Virus record (IMG/VR): IMGVR_UViG_3300027816_000052
Span: 124,001 to 188,000 of that record
Direction: 5' to 3' (one strand)
DNA: 64,000 nt
Positions 60,801 through 64,000 of this stretch are shown here, piece by piece. The notes beneath the pieces were generated by a model. The model made no database searches, was not told the origin of the DNA, and was given only the letters and a program-made list of their open reading frames with translations. The translations under genes were made by a program, and so were the position numbers. Position 1 is the stretch's first letter. Every line of letters begins with the position of its first letter.

Positions 60801-61059
60801 TTCATTTATTGGCGGTGGTTGCGGTAATATAATTTCTGGAGCAACCACATCATCTGGTATTTTAGGCGGTGTAAATAATACTATAACAGGTAATACAAAC
60901 ACCTTTATTATTGGGTCAAATATCATACCAAATAGAAATTGTGCTACGTTTGTTAATAATTTATCAATAATTGGATTACCAAACGGACCTATTGGGCTAC
61001 CGTCAGGGTCAATATATTATTGCTCAACCGATTCAAATCGACTATATTACGTACCTTAA
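57808..61059 (+). CDS. Tail fibre/adhesin with FVTGGTY repeats and about 15-aa SFIGGGxxN beta-roll repeats
   Basis: Long Gly/Ser/Cys/Asn-rich repeat region; exact internal DNA duplications. Confidence 0.75.
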   Translation: MSLYKNPQTATQLNAPESVNPNRFYGTNFSILGIGGYVEVYSVNDLIYTIPVGSSGPVETSGNTIPIRLNINTPNPDVLTLNSDNISSGRRRLGMLAYVYENETTYQYNIPNYTSLFSAATGTTAVTITQFGTTVDSSTPEGQAFIDAWTASTIEGITPGATYATANWRILSQSGSSSFDVYVTGGTYSAGTLSFTNNSGGTFDISGLTSTDIFVTGLTYTGASYTLGATRNDGTLLTVTLPGYGDVFVTGGTYNPLNGEVTYFNNSGGTFVVSGFTSGYTDFYVTGGTYDDNTNTLTLTRTDAGTVQVTGWTQPVIISGSGSCSSVRRDNLNVASGAYSTVYGHSNNTCQIGTVIAGGQGNSALNNGFNNFIGGGILNWYGLNNTTQSAYYNVGNTVCVPGDLTSIYQIGNLASFYNGIDNVIYSAAITNSTYNPPYTEIQLDVFDTGSNVYFQGSITNLSCFSGNSFYSTISGGYNNKICGSFSSIIGGSNNLICNNNASIGGGCLNIASGFGSVITGGYLNRTTNFYSSVVGGLSNIASGSGSFIGGGCSNSATTTYSTIVAGECNLSSGNCSFIGGGSSNKALSSGSFIGGGFNNSATTCCSVIVAGENNLSSGNNSFVGGGGSNSATTCCSVIVAGENNLSCGPCSFIGGGSSNCATSDASVVVGGALNVNIGTYSFIGGGRCNIISGATTLYSSVVGGLSNIVSCDGSFIGGGSSNCVTSAISVVVGGLSNIASGSGSFIGGGCSNSATTTYATVVGGQNNLSSNNYSFIGGGFLNTATGLCSLIVGGSCNSATTIFSTIVGGRSNLISPIVGLQNAEGSFIGGGYNNSIYAQKYSVIGGGSGNTITGSGNCILCDSTIAGGRENYIYGLVSTIGGGRANSATTRSTITGGARNSASGNYSTINAGVNNFATGCGSIAAGIGANTTGGTSDAQAILINAIGIPNGDFSVVSGGFQNRSQGNYSFVGGGQLNISSGCRSTIAGGFNNSESGVYSFIGGGCGNIISGATTSSGILGGVNNTITGNTNTFIIGSNIIPNRNCATFVNNLSIIGLPNGPIGLPSGSIYYCSTDSNRLYYVP

Positions 61060-61106
61060 TCTATTTACTTAAATTAATTTATTAAGATTTTTTCTATAAA
61101 AAAATT

Positions 61107-61985
61107 ATGGAAAAATATTGTCTTTTTCACATAGAAGGTGGTCTTGGAAAGAATGTTGCAGCAACAGCAGTTGCAAAATGTATTAAGAATAACTATCAAG
61201 ATAGAAAATTAATTGTTGTTGCGAGTTATCCTGAGGTATTTTTAACATTACCTTTTGTTGATAGAGTTTTTAGAATTGGAATTACGCCATATTTCTATCA
61301 GGATTACATATTAAATAATGATACTTTAATATTTAAACATGAACCATACTTTACAACAGACCATATTTACAAGAGGAAACATCTAATTGAAAATTGGTGT
61401 AATATATATAATTTAACATATAATAATGAAACACCTGAATTAGTTTTTAATTTAAGACATAAACAATTAGCAATTAGAGATTGGAGACGTAATAAACCAA
61501 TTATGATACTTCAGACAAATGGTGGTCCAATAAATGAACAACCATATAATTACTCTTGGACAAGAGATATGCCATTTTCTACATCACAAGCAATTGTAAA
61601 TGCTTTTAAAAATGATTATCATATAATACAGATTTGTAGAAATGAAAATAATGTAATTGAAGGAACTGAACCCTTATTTAAACCCATGACAAATATGGAG
61701 CTTTTTTCGCTATTAATGGCATCAGAAAAAAGAGTTTTAATTGATTCTAGTTTACAACACGCTGCTGCGGCAATGGGTTTACCTTCAGTGGTTCTCTGGG
61801 TCGGGACTAGTCCAACAGTTTTTGGTTATGGACTACATAAAAATATCATATCTAATTTACCCGAAATAAAACTACCAGACAGTTATTTATTCGATTATTC
61901 ATTTAATGGTTCAACACAAGAATGCCCATTTATTGATGATAATATTTTTAATCCTGAAATCGTAATTCAAACAATTTTACAATAA
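61107..61985 (+). CDS. GT-B glycosyltransferase (GT9/heptosyltransferase-like)
   Basis: IEGGLGKNV, LIDSSLQHAAAAMGLPSVVLWVGT. Confidence 0.75.
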   Translation: MEKYCLFHIEGGLGKNVAATAVAKCIKNNYQDRKLIVVASYPEVFLTLPFVDRVFRIGITPYFYQDYILNNDTLIFKHEPYFTTDHIYKRKHLIENWCNIYNLTYNNETPELVFNLRHKQLAIRDWRRNKPIMILQTNGGPINEQPYNYSWTRDMPFSTSQAIVNAFKNDYHIIQICRNENNVIEGTEPLFKPMTNMELFSLLMASEKRVLIDSSLQHAAAAMGLPSVVLWVGTSPTVFGYGLHKNIISNLPEIKLPDSYLFDYSFNGSTQECPFIDDNIFNPEIVIQTILQ

Positions 61986-62806
61986 TGCCAGAACAAATAT
62001 TTTTTCAATCCTCATTACCTAGAGCGGGGTCAACTTTATTACAAAATATAATAGGACAAAATCCAAATTTTTATGTAACACCGACTTCTGGTGTTCTTGA
62101 ATTGGTTTATGCTGCTAGAAATAATTATACAAATTCACCAGAATTTAAAGCACAAGAATATGAATTAATGAAAAGTGGTTTTAATAAATTTTGTCATGAC
62201 GGTATGTTTGGTTTTTTTAATGCAATTACAGATAAAAAATATGTTTTAGATAAAAGTAGAGGGTGGGGAATACATTACAATTTTTTAGATGGATTTTATC
62301 CAAATCCAAAAATAATTTGTATGGTTAGAGATTTACGAGACATATTTTGTTCTCTTGAAAAAAAGTTTAGGGAAAATCAGCATATGGATTCCGGTTTAAT
62401 AGACCACTCAAAAATGCTAGGCACAACAACCGAGAAAAGAGTTGATATTTGGGCAAATAGTCAACCAGTTGGTTTAGCAGTTGAAAGACTATATCAAATT
62501 TTTAGGGAAGGAAATAATCAAAAAATGCTTTTTATAAGATACGAAGATTTGGTAACTAACCCAAGAAGAGAAGTTGAAAGGATTTATAATTATTTTGAAT
62601 TACCAACTTTTTATCACTCTTTTGATAGAATTGATCAAATAACAAAAGAAGATGATTCTGTATATGGAATATATGGCGACCACACAATCAAAACAAAACT
62701 TGAATTACCAAAAAGTAACGCAAAAGAAATCTTAGGTGAGGGTGTTTGTAATTGGATTCAAGACCGTTATAAATGGTATTATGATATTTTTTATAGAAAC
62801 CTTTGA
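61985..62806 (+). CDS. PAPS-dependent sulfotransferase
   Basis: 5'-PSB loop SSLPRAGSTLL, 3'-PB VRDLRDIFCS, IRYEDLVTNP. Confidence 0.85.
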   Translation: MPEQIFFQSSLPRAGSTLLQNIIGQNPNFYVTPTSGVLELVYAARNNYTNSPEFKAQEYELMKSGFNKFCHDGMFGFFNAITDKKYVLDKSRGWGIHYNFLDGFYPNPKIICMVRDLRDIFCSLEKKFRENQHMDSGLIDHSKMLGTTTEKRVDIWANSQPVGLAVERLYQIFREGNNQKMLFIRYEDLVTNPRREVERIYNYFELPTFYHSFDRIDQITKEDDSVYGIYGDHTIKTKLELPKSNAKEILGEGVCNWIQDRYKWYYDIFYRNL

Positions 62807-63783
62807 GTGAATTATTATTTGTATCGGCACAACATGATGTACCTTACTTCCATTGGCAAGCAGAGGTATATATAAATAATTTTATTGAAAAGGGAGTACC
62901 CCCAGAAAATATTCATGTTATTTTTTCTCTTCATAATGGCGCGGACAAACCATCTAAGGGTGCTAGGACGCTAAAATTAAAATATGGTAATGTTCATTTT
63001 TACAAAGATGATAGAGAAAAAACTCATTATATTCCAAGCATAAAACCATTTTTAATTTCAAAGTGGTTAAAAGAAGAACCAAGCAGAGGTAATTTATTTT
63101 TTTTACATGATTCCGATATTCTATTAACCAGAATTCCTAATTTTTCAAAACTTTTAGATGACGATATTATTTATATGTCTGATACTGTTGGATATATAGG
63201 TTATAGTTACTTAAATGAATGTTCTAAAAGATATGAACAAAAACATCCAATATTATCTGAAAATAAATTAATCGATGAAATGTCGGAAGTTATTGGATTA
63301 CATCCTGAAACAATAAGGATAAATCAAAAAAATTCAGGCGGTGCTCAATATGTTTTTAAAAAACAAGAATGGAAATTATGGGATAAAATCCATAAAGATT
63401 CAACTGAATTATATGATAAACTTTTAAGTTTTCATAAAAAATATCCAATTTCTCCCGGTGAAATACAATTTTGGACCGCTGAAATGTGGTCCATTCTATG
63501 GAATATGTGGTATGCGGGGTATAAAACCGAAGTGGTGAATGAATTAAATTTTTCTTGGGCAACCGATGACATTCACAAATATGAAACAAACCCAATTTTT
63601 CATTTAGCTGGAATTACCGAACAACAAAAAAACGAAAGATTTTATAAGGCGGATTTTATTAATAAAAATCCGTTAGACTCATTAAGAAATAATATTGATT
63701 TTTTTGATTATGTTGATAAAAATAATGCAACATATAAATACGTTGAAAATATGAGGTTGCTTGTTAAAAAACAAGGTTACTGA
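62803..63783 (+). CDS. GT-A glycosyltransferase resembling HPAT/serine O-glycosyltransferase families (TTG start)
   Basis: SIKPFLISKWL, DxD motif HDSDILL, WTAEMWS. Confidence 0.6.
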   Translation: MSELLFVSAQHDVPYFHWQAEVYINNFIEKGVPPENIHVIFSLHNGADKPSKGARTLKLKYGNVHFYKDDREKTHYIPSIKPFLISKWLKEEPSRGNLFFLHDSDILLTRIPNFSKLLDDDIIYMSDTVGYIGYSYLNECSKRYEQKHPILSENKLIDEMSEVIGLHPETIRINQKNSGGAQYVFKKQEWKLWDKIHKDSTELYDKLLSFHKKYPISPGEIQFWTAEMWSILWNMWYAGYKTEVVNELNFSWATDDIHKYETNPIFHLAGITEQQKNERFYKADFINKNPLDSLRNNIDFFDYVDKNNATYKYVENMRLLVKKQGY

Positions 63784-63807
63784 TTATTTATGTTTAAAGA
63801 ATAGAAT

Positions 63808-64000
63808 ATGGCTGATTATCAACTTAGAGATTGTGCAAATAATGATTATCTATTCATTTTAAGTGCATATACGTTAACCTCCCTATCAACAGGGTCAACA
63901 TATTTTATTGAATATACCGGAAACACATCGAATGGAGCGCAACCATACTCTGGTTGTTCTACTGTCGTAAATTTTTCAGGCTCCGGATATACCTTTGAGG
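63808..64000 (+). CDS. Partial Ser/Thr-rich putative virion protein; runs off the window end
   Basis: Manual translation MADYQLRDCANNDYLFILSAYTLTSLSTGST..., TATTTATG upstream. Confidence 0.65.
   Translation, partial: MADYQLRDCANNDYLFILSAYTLTSLSTGSTYFIEYTGNTSNGAQPYSGCSTVVNFSGSGYTFE

Noticed and set aside
1801-63595. Numerous 60-110-aa ORFs nested in or antisense to long genes (e.g. 4484, 6631, 8641, 15305, 21276, 43837, 58233, 63356)
   Set aside because: Fully overlapped by well-supported genes, with no motifs or initiation context
1-64000. tRNA/rRNA genes, a reverse transcriptase/DGR, or an integrase to explain LRR variation
   Set aside because: None recognised; repeat variation is not adenine-specific and no RT or recombinase motif was seen in this window

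Overview
64-kb segment of a large, AT-rich T4-like myovirus (Caudoviricetes), standard genetic code. The host is probably in Bacteroidota: two exact TTTG-N19-TANNTTTG promoters, no evident Shine-Dalgarno sites and SprB-like repeats. Layout: (i) 1-3.25 kb, leftward small early genes including thyX; (ii) 3.3-21 kb, tail tube, tail chaperone pair, tape measure and giant baseplate/hub proteins; (iii) 22-37 kb, replication/recombination block (gp32-like SSB, RecA, C5 methyltransferase, 5'-3' exonuclease, DnaB and class II RNR, the last two each with an intein) interspersed with homing endonucleases; (iv) 38-61 kb, gp25/gp6 wedge, large virion proteins and Ser/Thr/Gly/Cys-rich fibres; (v) 61-64 kb, glycosyltransferase-sulfotransferase-glycosyltransferase cluster. 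The most striking unexplained structure is a dispersed set of unrelated cargo genes that share an N-terminal leader (MKKIxLTESDL...LxE) and a TATTTAT upstream motif. It includes three LRR arrays with shuffled modules and a tandem pair of cassettes bounded by the same 22-bp and 24-bp boxes. All functional calls come from motif recognition by eye; no database searches were run.
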